Shown in pieces: positions 11,483-21,622 of a stretch of DNA of 61,594 nucleotides. Made by a program: the position numbers and the translations under genes. The notes under the pieces were generated by a model. That model was not told where the DNA came from. It was given only the letters and a program-made list of their open reading frames with translations, and ran no database searches. The stretch's first letter is position 1, and each line of letters starts with the position of its first letter. The stretch comes from Deinococcota bacterium. GTDB lineage: Bacteria > Deinococcota > Deinococci > Deinococcales > Thermaceae. The stretch covers positions 1 to 61,594 of the forward strand of contig JBGFRI010000021.1 of the NCBI GenBank assembly GCA_041695225.1. The letters run 5' to 3'.

Positions 11483-11884
11483 CTAGTCTATTCGCACGTT
11501 ATGCACGACCACACCTGGGACGGGTGCGCGGGCCAGGGGTCCGTCGGCCGTAAGCAAGGGCGCCTCATACCGGTGAGCAGCAGCGACGTAAAACGCATCA
11601 TAGGCGCTGAAGTTGTGTCGGTACTGCCAGGCCTCTTCAAGTAATGAAGCGTGGGAAAGGCGCACAATGGGCCAGTCACCAAGGTCGTCGAGCGCCGTCC
11701 GCGCACGCTCTTCGGCAAGGCGTCCCCGCAACACGGCGCGCCGCAAGACCGAGAGCACCTCCACGTCCAGCAGCTCTGGGGAAAGCAGGAGGGCGTCCTC
11801 CATGAGGGGGGCCAGTTTTAGCCCGAGAGGCGTGCGCAGCAGGTACTCTGCAGCGGCAGAGGCGTCCACCACGTAGCCGCTCAC
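11483..11884 (-). CDS. vapC: VapC-family PIN toxin
   Basis: VVDASA...E...YDAFYVA...LLTAD PIN motifs. Confidence 0.9.
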   Translation of the reverse strand: MSGYVVDASAAAEYLLRTPLGLKLAPLMEDALLLSPELLDVEVLSVLRRAVLRGRLAEERARTALDDLGDWPIVRLSHASLLEEAWQYRHNFSAYDAFYVAAAHRYEAPLLTADGPLARAPVPGVVVHNVRID

Positions 11885-12114
11885 GGCAGTTCACGGTCTC
11901 GCCCGGCGCGTTCTTCAGCAAGCAGCGAGGTGGCGGAGACGCCCAGCTCGCTCTCAGGCCGCTCGGCCAGCCGCCGCTGCCATTCGCGCCGCGCCAGTTC
12001 GCGCTCGATCGCCTCCAGCATGATCTCGCTCAGGGTGCTGCGGCTATCTGCCGCCACTCTCCGCAGGCGCTCGTGCAATTCTTCTGGTACGTGTTTGACC
12101 TGCAGACTAGCCAT
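11881..12114 (-). CDS. Ribbon-helix-helix antitoxin (FitA/VapB-like)
   Basis: MASLQVKHVPEELHERLR N-terminus; overlaps the vapC start. Confidence 0.85.
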   Translation of the reverse strand: MASLQVKHVPEELHERLRRVAADSRSTLSEIMLEAIERELARREWQRRLAERPESELGVSATSLLAEERAGRDRELP

Positions 12115-12120
12115 AACATG

Positions 12121-12145
12121 AGTATAGCATGCTTGAGGCATGCTA
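12121..12145 (-). promoter_or_regulatory. TA autoregulatory operator overlapping the -10 box
   Basis: Perfect inverted repeat TAGCATGC-n5-GCATGCTA (12125-12145) overlapping TATACT (12126-12121). Confidence 0.7.
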
Positions 12146-12389
12146 AGAACCCATAGGCCGCGCAGTCCCCTATCTTCCCCTATCTTGGGCGTAGTCTAGA
12201 TGTGGGCTAGCCGTTTGTTGCAAGGACTCTTGCCTCCCCACCGCTCCGCTGGCATCAGGGGGCGGATCTTGACGCCCAGACTCTTTTGCCCCATCCTCGC
12301 CGGACTCAGGCACAAGCCGGGCATAGCCTGCGGTCTGTGCTCCGAGCCCAGATGCGGAGAGCCCTCAACCAAGGGGAACGGAAGTCCGA

Positions 12390-12671
12390 CCTACCAAGAA
12401 TCTCCCTCCCGTTTTGTCGCCACCGCTGCGGTAGCTCCTGAAAAGCTTACTTCAGATAAGAAGCTATGGATGGATTACGGGCCGATAACCAGAAGTGTTC
12501 ACGGGAGCGCAAATACACGAGGTGGCGGCTTCAACCCCCCACCTTCCCTCCCCCACAAGGGGGGAGGACTTAGTGGCAATTTTTCTTGTACATCGTGAAA
12601 ACGGCCCTAGCCAGAAACAGCTTTCCGTTTCGTCGCTATGGGTGCGCGCGGCTCATGGAAAACTTACTCCG
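12390..12671. repeat. ~280-bp dispersed non-coding repeat, copy 1
   Basis: Collinear, highly similar copy at 54439-54729 (CCTACCAAGAA...CATGGAAAACTTA). Confidence 0.85.
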
Positions 12672-12865
12672 GCATGGAAAGACAGCAGGAAAAGGCCACA
12701 GTATCTTCGGAGGAGCCACATTTGGTTAAGTTATCTATTTCCCTAAACGCTACGAGGCTGCTATGCCCTGAGAACTAAGCTGCTACAGGAGGTTGCAATG
12801 GGGTCAAGCATCCCAAAGCCAGGCCGAAGCTCTCGCCATCCTCCGTAAAGGGTATAGAGAATGCT

Positions 12866-13825
12866 ATGAACGTTAGTCCATCCCACGTCTCCAGTACGTC
12901 CGAAGCTCCGCCTCCGGTGCTCGAGGTCGCCTCGCTAAAGAAGCGCTACGGGGCAGTTGAAGCCCTCCGGGGTATATCTTTCCAGATTGACCCCGGCGAG
13001 CGGGTGGTGCTACTGGGGCCCAATGGCTCGGGCAAGACCACCACCCTGGATATTCTGGGGGGCTTTCTGCGCCCCACAGCAGGCCAGGCCACGGTGCTAG
13101 GGGTGGAGGCCGCCCGGCTCTCGTCCAGAGAGCGCTCGCAGATGGGCTTTGTGTTTCAGGACAAACCCGGCCTTTACCCCGAGCTCACCGTCGGGGAAAC
13201 GCTGGAACTCTTCCGGGGCTACTACCCCAGCCCCCTGCCTGCCGCGCCCCTGCTGGAGCAGCTCGGTCTGCAAGAGAAAAAGACCCGCCGGGTAGCCCAT
13301 CTGAGCGGGGGTGAGCGGCGACGGCTCGAGCTGGCAGTGGCCCTGGTGGGGCGGCCCCGGCTGGTTTTTCTGGATGAGCCCAGCGCGGGCCTGGATCTCG
13401 AGGCCCGCCAGCGCATCTGGGGGCTGCTCGCCGACCTGGCGGCGGAGGGGACGACCCTACTCCTCACCACCCACTCGCTGGAGGAAGCCGAACGGCTGGG
13501 TAAGCGGCTGCTCTTACTCAAGGCCGGTACGCTTATCTTCGATGGCCCGCCCCAGGCCATGATCGCCCGCGCTGGTCTGCCGCACCGCATCAGCTTCCGC
13601 AGGCCGGAGCTGCCCCTTCCCCCCAGCCTGGCCGCCAGGGCCAGGGCCGAGGGGGAACGGCTGGTTCTGAGCAGCGCACAGCCCGAGGAAGATCTGCTGG
13701 CTATCAAGCAGACCGGCCTGCCGCTCTCCGAGCTGCGGGTGCAAAGCCCCAGCCTGGAGGAGGCCTACCTGGCCCTGATGCAAGGGGGTGTGCATGAGCG
13801 CAAAGACTCTGTTCTGGCTGGCTAG
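12866..13825 (+). CDS. ABC-2 type exporter ATP-binding protein
   Basis: GPNGSGKT, LSGGE and FLDEP motifs. Confidence 0.95.
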   Translation: MNVSPSHVSSTSEAPPPVLEVASLKKRYGAVEALRGISFQIDPGERVVLLGPNGSGKTTTLDILGGFLRPTAGQATVLGVEAARLSSRERSQMGFVFQDKPGLYPELTVGETLELFRGYYPSPLPAAPLLEQLGLQEKKTRRVAHLSGGERRRLELAVALVGRPRLVFLDEPSAGLDLEARQRIWGLLADLAAEGTTLLLTTHSLEEAERLGKRLLLLKAGTLIFDGPPQAMIARAGLPHRISFRRPELPLPPSLAARARAEGERLVLSSAQPEEDLLAIKQTGLPLSELRVQSPSLEEAYLALMQGGVHERKDSVLAG

Positions 13826-14519
13826 AGAGACCCTCTGGCAGACCCGCGTATACCTGCGGGACCGGGTGGCGGTCATCTTTACCTTTGCTTTCCCGGTTCT
13901 GCTGCTTCTCTTCTGGAGCCGTCGGGAGGGGCTGGACCCCCTCACGGTCACCGCCTTTATCGCGGCGCTGGGGCTGGCTGTAGCGGGATATGTGGGCCTG
14001 GCTATAGGGACTGCCTCGGCCCGCGAGACCGGGCTCCTCAAGCGCATCCGGAGCACCCCGATGCCCACTGGCCTGCACATTGGCGGGCGGGTCTTAGCCT
14101 CGGGGCTGCTGGGAACCCTGTCTTTGGGCCTGGCCCTGGGGGTTGGGGCGGCGGCGCTGGGCCTGACGCTATCGCTGGCGGGGCTGCTCTGGCTGCTTCC
14201 GGTGTTGCTGGTGGGCTTTGCCGCCCTGGGAAGCTGGGGGCTATTGGTGGGCAGCCTGGCCAGAACCGCAACGGCTGCTAGCTATCTGACCCAGGCCACC
14301 TTGTTCCCCATCTTTCTGCTCTCGTCCGCAGCCCAGCAGGGCATGCTACCGGCCTGGGCGGCAGACCTCACCCAATGGCTGCCGTTAGAAAGCCTGGCCC
14401 TGCTGATCCGGCAGGCCCTGGTTAATCATGAGTTGCTGTTACTCCCCCTCCTGACCCTGCTGGCCTGGGGCGGGTTGGGAGTGGCGCTGGCCGGATGGCG
14501 GCTGGCCCGGCCTTTGTAG
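13794..14519 (+). CDS. ABC-2 type exporter permease
   Basis: Six TM segments; RETGLLKRIRSTP motif. Confidence 0.9.
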   Translation: MSAKTLFWLARETLWQTRVYLRDRVAVIFTFAFPVLLLLFWSRREGLDPLTVTAFIAALGLAVAGYVGLAIGTASARETGLLKRIRSTPMPTGLHIGGRVLASGLLGTLSLGLALGVGAAALGLTLSLAGLLWLLPVLLVGFAALGSWGLLVGSLARTATAASYLTQATLFPIFLLSSAAQQGMLPAWAADLTQWLPLESLALLIRQALVNHELLLLPLLTLLAWGGLGVALAGWRLARPL

Positions 14520-14576
14520 CTTCCCAGCCCCAAGCCGTCACACAAAAACTGGCACCAAGACCTGTACTCTGCTTCC

Positions 14577-16250
14577 ATGGACCTGGAAGCGACCTGGGCT
14601 GCGGGGCGCCCACAAGAAGGGCTGGCCTGGTGTATGGAGCGTCTGGGCCAGTCATCCGATGGACTCTATGCGCGCTATGCCCTCGAGTTTGCCCTCGAGC
14701 TCGGAGAAAATGCCGTTATATCCCGCCTCTCGGAGCTGGAGAACCCCGACCCTGACTTTCTGGCCCTCAGGAGCTACCTCCTGTGGCAGCGGGGCCGTCT
14801 GCCCGAAGCCCTGGAAACTGCCCAGCAAGCCTATAGTAAGCAGCCCAGCTTTCTTACCGCATTCGCTCTGGGCGCTGCGGTGGCCCTGCGTAGCGCCCGC
14901 GAGGCCGAGGGCTGGCTTATGGAGGCCATGCGGCTGGCCGAGGGCGCCTGGCAGTCCCCACGAGCCGTGCAGGCCGCAGCACACCTGGCCAGCTTGCAGG
15001 TAGCGCTGGGGGCCTATGGCCGGGCCGAGACCTGGGCCGGCTGGGGGCTGCGCCTGTTTGAGCGTAGCGGCATGAAACACCCTGGGGTGTGGAACAGCCT
15101 GGTTATGGGTTTAGCTCATGCGCAGATACTGGGCGGAAGGCTCGAGGCCCTCCCTACCCTAGACCTCACGCAGCCCGAGGCCGCCCTGGCTCAGGGGGAT
15201 CTCCTGCTGGCGCTGGGCCAGGCCGAGGAAGCTTTAGCGACCTACGCCGCCCTGGACCAGACTCTTTATCCCATCCGGGAACTGCGGCTGCCGGTTCTGG
15301 CCCGCCGGGTGCGGGCTTTGTTGGAACTAGGACTAATAGACCAGGCCCAGAGCCTTGGCCGTGAAGCGCTGACCCTGAGTGAGGGTGTGCTGGAAGCGTT
15401 TCGGGGCTGGGGTGAGCTGGCCTACTGCCTGCCCGCGTCGCTGGCTAGGCCATCCGAGGCGGTGGAGCGGCTACCGGGGCTTTTACGGCGGCTTTTACGG
15501 AGGCCCAGCGCTCCCCGGGCCGCTATGGCGGCTTTCTACCTGGCCAGGGCCTACCTTGCCCTGGGCATGGAGGGGAAAGCCCGCGCAACCATAGCCGAGG
15601 CGGCGCCGGTCCTGGAGGGCTTGAGCCCGGCGGGCAGGGCCTTTCTGGCCGGGCCCCCGGCAATGTTCGAAGCGGTTTGGGCCCTTATGCAGCCCACGCC
15701 GCCCTTGCGGCTGCATCTGCTGGGCCGGCCAAGCATCTGGCTGGGCTCCCAGCGATTACAGCTGGGGCCCCGCCAGCAGGAGATTCTGGCGGCCCTGGCG
15801 CTGCACCCCGAAGGGCTTGGCGCAGAGCAGCTGGCGCTTTTGGTCTGGGGTGAGGCAGGAAGACCCGAGGTAGCCCGCGCCGAAGTACGACGACTGCGCC
15901 AGAAGCTTCCCTTGCAGGGAAACCCTTACCGGCTGCCCCCTGGCGCCTGGGCCGATTTTCTGGAAGTACGCCGGCGGCTATTGCAGCCAGACCTGGAAGG
16001 TGCGCTGGCCCTGTACGCGGGCCCCCTGCTGCCCGGTTCCGAGGCCCCAGGGGTGCTAGAGCTACGGCAAGAGCTCTGGGACTTGCTTAAAGCGGCCTTG
16101 CATGACCAGGGCTCGCCCGAACAGATTTTTGAGATGGCCTTGCAGGAAGACGACCCCGAGTTGTGGCAGGCCGCACTGGATCGCTTGAGCAAAAACGATA
16201 CCCGTCGGGCCTTGTTGGAGGCGCGGCTTCGGCGCTTTCTGGCCGGGTAG
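14577..16250 (+). CDS. TPR-rich transcriptional regulator with C-terminal wHTH/BTAD-like region
   Basis: Helical repeats followed by LRLHLLG...RQQEILAALALHPEG...LYAGPLLPGSEAP. Confidence 0.7.
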   Translation: MDLEATWAAGRPQEGLAWCMERLGQSSDGLYARYALEFALELGENAVISRLSELENPDPDFLALRSYLLWQRGRLPEALETAQQAYSKQPSFLTAFALGAAVALRSAREAEGWLMEAMRLAEGAWQSPRAVQAAAHLASLQVALGAYGRAETWAGWGLRLFERSGMKHPGVWNSLVMGLAHAQILGGRLEALPTLDLTQPEAALAQGDLLLALGQAEEALATYAALDQTLYPIRELRLPVLARRVRALLELGLIDQAQSLGREALTLSEGVLEAFRGWGELAYCLPASLARPSEAVERLPGLLRRLLRRPSAPRAAMAAFYLARAYLALGMEGKARATIAEAAPVLEGLSPAGRAFLAGPPAMFEAVWALMQPTPPLRLHLLGRPSIWLGSQRLQLGPRQQEILAALALHPEGLGAEQLALLVWGEAGRPEVARAEVRRLRQKLPLQGNPYRLPPGAWADFLEVRRRLLQPDLEGALALYAGPLLPGSEAPGVLELRQELWDLLKAALHDQGSPEQIFEMALQEDDPELWQAALDRLSKNDTRRALLEARLRRFLAG

Positions 16251-16426
16251 AGTCGGGCCACTTATCCCGGAAGGCTATGCCGCGTTACATGAAGTCCCCA
16301 GGGGCTAGAAAGGCTTCTGGTGCCACTCACCCTGTAAAGTGCAGAAAGCGGCAGCATATTTGCAATTTAGCTGCGGATGACCTTTGCGTAGCATCGGCAT
16401 TAAACCGCGATAACTGACTGGGCGCC

Positions 16427-16600
16427 CTAACCCCAGCTAAACAAAAAAACGCCCAGTATGCCAGTCCCCACTGCTGCCACCATCAAAAAAGGATAGATTT
16501 TTGGCGAAATCGAGCCCCGCCCCCGCAAAAAGCTCCAGACGGCAATTTCCACCAGACTCAGGACCATAATAGCCAGTCCGGCTTGCTCGAGGCCACTCAT
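16427..16600 (-). CDS. Small two-TM membrane protein (57 aa)
   Basis: MSGLEQAGLAIMVLSLVEIAVWSFLRG...GILGVFLFSWG; below the ORF-track cutoff. Confidence 0.6.
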   Translation of the reverse strand: MSGLEQAGLAIMVLSLVEIAVWSFLRGRGSISPKIYPFLMVAAVGTGILGVFLFSWG

Positions 16601-16659
16601 CGGGTTAATCCTAACCGGCGCTTAGGCTGGTTTCACCCATCTGTGGCACACTAGACCCG

Positions 16660-17043
16660 ATGACCTATGAAGCATTTGTAGAGACCACCGAGCGTTTGTG
16701 GGAAGAAATTCCCCCTGTCTACAAGCAGGGTTTGCACGGTATTCATGTGCTCGAGTACCTCCGGACCGACCCCGACCAACCCGAACTGCTGCGCCTGGGC
16801 GAGTACCACGACCCTGGCTACCCCTCGGTGCTGGGGGGCTACGCGGGCATTGGGCGGCATATCGCCTTGTTCTACGGTTCTTTTGCCGAACTGGCCGCCG
16901 AAGACCCCGACTTCGACTGGGAAAACGAAATTTGGGAGACCCTGCTGCACGAGCTGCGTCACCACGTGGAGTCGCTGGCCTGGCGCGACGACCTGGTGCA
17001 GGAGGATCTGGAAAACCTGCGGCGGTACAGGCACCAGCGTTAG
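16660..17043 (+). CDS. Zincin-like metallopeptidase family protein
   Basis: ETLLHELRHH (HExxH) motif. Confidence 0.8.
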   Translation: MTYEAFVETTERLWEEIPPVYKQGLHGIHVLEYLRTDPDQPELLRLGEYHDPGYPSVLGGYAGIGRHIALFYGSFAELAAEDPDFDWENEIWETLLHELRHHVESLAWRDDLVQEDLENLRRYRHQR

Positions 17044-17059
17044 CAGCCCAGGCAACGGG

Positions 17060-18124
17060 CTATCCCAGCTCGAGGCTGCTCAGATCACCCAGCACCAGCT
17101 TGTGGGCTTTAGGCAGGCCGTTGCGCCTGGTTACCCTGGCGCCAACCCCCAGAATGCACTGGTGCAGCCGCAGGGGCACGTCCTCCACTACTGCCCCATC
17201 CTCGAGAATGGAAAACTCCACCTCGGCCATGCGCACGCTGGCATTGGGCCCAACCGAGGTAAAGGGGCCGATATAAGCCCCCTCGATCACAGCATTCTGG
17301 GCGATGTGCACTGGGCCAAGCACGGTGCTGTTTTTGACCACCGCCCCCTTCTCGATAACTACCTTTCCGGTGATCTGGCTGTCGTGGACCTGCCCCTCCA
17401 CCACCGGGGTGGGGCTCTTTTGTTCCACCAGGAGCAGCCGATTGGCGTCCAGCAGATCGGCGGGGCGCCCAGTATCTTTCCACCAGCCCACAATTTCCTG
17501 TCCCAAGACGGCATGACCCCGGTCCATCAGAGCCTGGATGGCGTCGGTGATCTCGTACTCACCCCTGGCGCTGGGCTTAAGGTTAGCGATGATCTCCATA
17601 ATGCTCGGGCTGAATACGTAAACCCCAGCCACCGCCAGATCGGAAGGTGGGTCTTTGGGTTTCTCGAGCAGCTTGACAATGCGCCCCTGATCTAGCACCG
17701 CCACCCCAAACTGCCGGGGATCGGGCACCCGTACCAGGGCAATTACCGCCCCCACTCCGGGCTTGAACGCCGTTACGAAAGACTTGACTCCTTGCTGAAA
17801 GAGATTGTCGCCCAGATAGAGCACAAACGGACTCTGGCCCAGCCAGTCTCTGGCGGTACCTACCGCATGGGCAATACCCAGGGCCTGCTCCTGTACGATG
17901 TAGGTAAGCTGGACGCCAGGAAAATCCTTAAGGGCCTGCCGGATATCCTCCTGGGTATCGGGAGAGACCACCACCCCTACTTCGGTAATGCCCGCTGCGA
18001 AGAGGTTCTCGACCGCGTAGTAAATGATGGGTTTACCGCCCAGTCGAATGACCGGTTTGGGCCGGGTATGGGTAAGGGGGCGAAGCCGGGTGCCGCGCCC
18101 GGCAGCGAGAATGAGTCCTTTCAT
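17060..18124 (-). CDS. Glucose-1-phosphate thymidylyltransferase (long form)
   Basis: GLILAAGRGTRLRPLT, YLGDN, EKP and WKDTG motifs; left-handed beta-helix tail. Confidence 0.92.
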   Translation of the reverse strand: MKGLILAAGRGTRLRPLTHTRPKPVIRLGGKPIIYYAVENLFAAGITEVGVVVSPDTQEDIRQALKDFPGVQLTYIVQEQALGIAHAVGTARDWLGQSPFVLYLGDNLFQQGVKSFVTAFKPGVGAVIALVRVPDPRQFGVAVLDQGRIVKLLEKPKDPPSDLAVAGVYVFSPSIMEIIANLKPSARGEYEITDAIQALMDRGHAVLGQEIVGWWKDTGRPADLLDANRLLLVEQKSPTPVVEGQVHDSQITGKVVIEKGAVVKNSTVLGPVHIAQNAVIEGAYIGPFTSVGPNASVRMAEVEFSILEDGAVVEDVPLRLHQCILGVGARVTRRNGLPKAHKLVLGDLSSLELG

Positions 18125-18321
18125 GTCGAGGCTCATCTTAGCAGGGCGGGGTGTGACCCGGCGGTTTATCTGAGCAAGAGCGGGGCGCGGAAAACTGTCG
18201 CACCGAGCTGGATAGCGGTGGAAGCAGTCTGCCATACGGCTACCCATTAAACCGACCCCGGGCAGTGGCGGACGGGTTTGAGAGTGCAAGCAGGCTTTTC
18301 GACACGGTAAACTTAGCGGCG

Positions 18322-19107
18322 ATGCGCCTGCTTGCCATCTTTGCCCACCCTGACGACGAATCGCTTTTCTGCGCCGGAACCCTGACCAGGTATGCTTCAG
18401 CGGGTCACGAAGTTTATCTGATCTGCGCCACCCGTGGGGAGCAAGGGGAGATCCGCCACCCCGAGATTGACCCCGAGCTATACCCCAAAGGCCCGGCCAG
18501 GGGAAAGCTGCGAGAGGGGGAGCTCGAGGCTGCCTGCAGCGTCTTGGGTATTCAGCCACCGATTCTTCTCGACTACCAGGACTCCGGCTACCCCCTCGAG
18601 GTGGCCCAGGCCAACCCCGGCGGTTTCATGCACCAGGACCTGCGGGCCGTGGAGCAGGTTCTGCTCGAGCACATTGCTCGGATTCGGCCCGAGGTGATCA
18701 TTGGCTTTGACCCGCAGGGCTTTTATGGGCATAGTGACCACATCCACCTGCACCGTGCTACTATTGGGGCTTTCTGGCGGGCGGGGCACCGGGTCCAGCC
18801 AGCTCCCCGACGCTTGTTTTTTCCCGTGCGCCCCGTGGAGCTGGTGCAGAAAACCAGGTTTGACCCCCTGGTATTCTCGGTCTCGGAAGACTCTTTTGCC
18901 GCGCGCCTGGATGTGCGCCCTTATGCCCAGACCATCCGTGCTGCGCTTCTGGCCCATCGCTCTCAGGTGGGGCCAGCTGCTACCCTCGAGCTTATCCTGC
19001 AAGAGTGGCCAGGAATTCTGCAAGAGGAGCAGTTTGTGCTGGGTGGGCTGCGGGGGAGTTTTCCGGCCATGCCGGTGCAGGACTTACTGGTCGGGCTTCT
19101 GGACTAA
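18322..19107 (+). CDS. PIG-L family deacetylase
   Basis: AHPDDE and GHSDH motifs. Confidence 0.9.
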   Translation: MRLLAIFAHPDDESLFCAGTLTRYASAGHEVYLICATRGEQGEIRHPEIDPELYPKGPARGKLREGELEAACSVLGIQPPILLDYQDSGYPLEVAQANPGGFMHQDLRAVEQVLLEHIARIRPEVIIGFDPQGFYGHSDHIHLHRATIGAFWRAGHRVQPAPRRLFFPVRPVELVQKTRFDPLVFSVSEDSFAARLDVRPYAQTIRAALLAHRSQVGPAATLELILQEWPGILQEEQFVLGGLRGSFPAMPVQDLLVGLLD

Positions 19108-19184
19108 AGGGGAGGACAACTTGAAACTATTTCCTGGGTGTCCACGACCAAGCTTCTGGCGGCTTTGATACCATGTATGTCTGA

Positions 19185-20453
19185 ATGGACCCCAGGCAGG
19201 TTATGCAGCTGCTCTCCTTCCTCCCCGACCTGCACATGGTAGGCGGCGCGGTGCGCGACATCCTGATGGGACAGGAGCCCGAAGATCTCGACTTTGCCAC
19301 CTCGGCGCCACCGGAGGAGAGCATGCACCTGGTCCGGGCGCATGGCCTCGAGGCTATTCCTACCGGGGTTGAACACGGCACCATCACCGTTCTGATTGAC
19401 CGCCGCCCCTACGAGATCACCACCTTCCGGCAGGATGTCGAGACCTATGGGCGTAAAGCCCGGGTGCGGTGGGGGCAGAGCATCGAGGAAGACCTGTCCC
19501 GGCGCGACTTTACCATCGGGGCCATTGCCATGGATCTCAAAGGGCGGGTTATTGACCCCTACGGGGGTCAGCAGGACATCGAAACGGGCGTCTTGCGGGC
19601 GGTGGGCGACCCCGAACAGCGCTTCCGCGAGGACTATCTGCGGGTAATTCGGGCCGGCCGGTTTGCATCACGGTATGGCTTTGAGATCGAGGAGAAAACC
19701 CTGCAGGCCGCGCGGGAGGCGGCCCCGGAGGTGCTCTCACATGTGGCCATCGAGCGGGTTACAGCGGAGTTTGACAAGGCCTTTCAGAAAGGAACCCCCA
19801 GCCGCTTTTTGCAGTATCTGTACGATCTGGAAATTTTGCAGCGCCTGATTCCCGAGTTTGAAGACATGCACCTGCTGCGGCAAAACCCCCGCTGGCACCC
19901 CGAGGGTGATGTGCTGGCCCATGTATTGCAGGTTGTTGATCGCATCCCTTCGCAGTACCGCTGGCATGCTTTGCTACACGACGTTGGTAAAAAAGACACC
20001 GCCAGGTGGAGGCCCGAGGGCTGGTACAGCTTTCCTGGACACGAGCAAGTAGGCGCACAGCTAATTCCCCGCATTGCCCGTGAACTGCGCCTGCCCAATG
20101 CTTTGCGCAACCAGATAATGGTCACCACAGCCCTGCACATGGTTCCGGCCTTTACCGAGCCCACTCCCCGGGCCATTCGCAAATTCCAGGCCGCGGCCGG
20201 GGAGCACCTTCCGGCCCTGGAAGCGCTATGCCGCGCCGATGCCGAGGATCGCCGCCCCCTGGAGTCCTGGAAGTTTTTTGAGCCCCAGCCGGTCCCGGTG
20301 CAGCCGATTTTGTCGGGCCGGCATCTGATCGCCAGAGGCCACAAGCCGGGCGCGCACTTTAGCCGGATGCTCCAGGCTGCCCACATCTGGCAGTTAGAAA
20401 CTGGCGAGACCGATATAGAGCAGCTATACCAGGCTGCGCTGAAGGTTCTGTAG
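19185..20453 (+). CDS. cca: CCA tRNA nucleotidyltransferase with HD domain
   Basis: VGGAVRD, DLDFAT, DLSRRDFT, EDYLR and LLHDVGK motifs. The stop codon is supplied by the 41-nt element. Confidence 0.9.
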   Translation: MDPRQVMQLLSFLPDLHMVGGAVRDILMGQEPEDLDFATSAPPEESMHLVRAHGLEAIPTGVEHGTITVLIDRRPYEITTFRQDVETYGRKARVRWGQSIEEDLSRRDFTIGAIAMDLKGRVIDPYGGQQDIETGVLRAVGDPEQRFREDYLRVIRAGRFASRYGFEIEEKTLQAAREAAPEVLSHVAIERVTAEFDKAFQKGTPSRFLQYLYDLEILQRLIPEFEDMHLLRQNPRWHPEGDVLAHVLQVVDRIPSQYRWHALLHDVGKKDTARWRPEGWYSFPGHEQVGAQLIPRIARELRLPNALRNQIMVTTALHMVPAFTEPTPRAIRKFQAAAGEHLPALEALCRADAEDRRPLESWKFFEPQPVPVQPILSGRHLIARGHKPGAHFSRMLQAAHIWQLETGETDIEQLYQAALKVL

Positions 20454-20491
20454 GTTACGGCTTTGCCGGAATCGCGTAAGCGACTCGCCTA
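20451..20491 (+). mobile_element. 41-nt Y-shaped insertion element, copy 1
   Basis: TAGGTTACGGCTTTGCCGGAATCGCGTAAGCGACTCGCCTA; identical to three other copies. Confidence 0.9.
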
Positions 20492-20588
20492 AAGCAGTCC
20501 GGGAAATACCAGAGCGAAAGATGTCTCAGATCGCAGGTCTTTTTGGCTTGCGACCTGAGACTTGAGACTTTCGACTATTCTAGTTAGT

Positions 20589-21308
20589 ATGCCAACGCCG
20601 ATCATCTTTCTTCACGCCTTTCCCTACCGCCCCCAGATGTGGGACGAACAACTCCAGGTAGTGCGGGGTCATCCGGTACTAAGGCCCGAAATTCTGGGCT
20701 TCGAGAGTCTAGAAAGTGCAGCGGCCCATGTGCTGGTGGAGATGGACAACCTGGGCTGGGAAAAGGCGGTGTTTGTGGGGCTTTCGATGGGCGGGTACGT
20801 GATTTTCCGCTTGTGGAACCTCGAGCCCGAACGCTTTGTGGGAATGGTGCTGGCCGATACCAGGGCCACCCCCGACACCCCCGAACAGAAAGCCAACCGG
20901 GCCAAAGCCGCCGAGCGCATTCGCGCCGAAGGCATGGGCTCCTTTGCCGAGGCGGCTTTAGAGACCAATCTGGGAGTCACCACCAGAGCCCAGCGCCCCG
21001 CACTGGTGGAACAGGTGCGCCAGACTTTACTAACGGCCAGCCCAGAACAGACCATTGCCAGCCTGAAGGGGCTGGCAGACCGCCCCGACTCGTCACCGCT
21101 GCTGCCCGGCATATCGGTTCCGGCGCTGATACTGGTGGGGGAGGAGGACACCCTCACCCCGCCAGCCGATGCAAGGTTTATGGCTGCCAGAATTCCAGAT
21201 AGCCGGATGCTAATCATCCCCGAGGCCGGCCACCTGGCCAACCTGGAGAACCCCAAAGCCTTCAACACCGCGCTGCGGGGCTTTCTGAGCGAGACGGTTT
21301 TACGCTAG
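20589..21308 (+). CDS. Alpha/beta hydrolase
   Basis: GLSMGG nucleophile elbow; GEED and AGH motifs. Confidence 0.9.
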   Translation: MPTPIIFLHAFPYRPQMWDEQLQVVRGHPVLRPEILGFESLESAAAHVLVEMDNLGWEKAVFVGLSMGGYVIFRLWNLEPERFVGMVLADTRATPDTPEQKANRAKAAERIRAEGMGSFAEAALETNLGVTTRAQRPALVEQVRQTLLTASPEQTIASLKGLADRPDSSPLLPGISVPALILVGEEDTLTPPADARFMAARIPDSRMLIIPEAGHLANLENPKAFNTALRGFLSETVLR

Positions 21309-21622
21309 GGTGGCTCATACCAGACCCAAATTTTCTGCTGCCGCCACCACCCCAGATCTAACGGCCGTACTGCGGCCCCAAGCCCCGCACCATGAGTAGC
21401 GCTACGCGCTGTCGAATGCCGAAGGTCAACGGTCTAGAGCATTGCCGGTGGCCTTCGACTTTCGACCTTTGACATTTCTAAATTACGGAGTGGCCGAAGA
21501 TGGGGATGATTAATCTGACCCGGCCTTGCTAACCCGGCCTCGGGAGTTTCTAGGTAGGCAGCAGCAACTGGTTGGCCTTTGCCCAGCCCTGACGCCTGTT
21601 AGTTTTCTGCCTTATGCTTTGA

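Noticed and set aside
20451..20491. 41-nt element as a hammerhead ribozyme
   Set aside because: It forms a three-way junction but lacks the CUGANGA/GAAA core on either strand.
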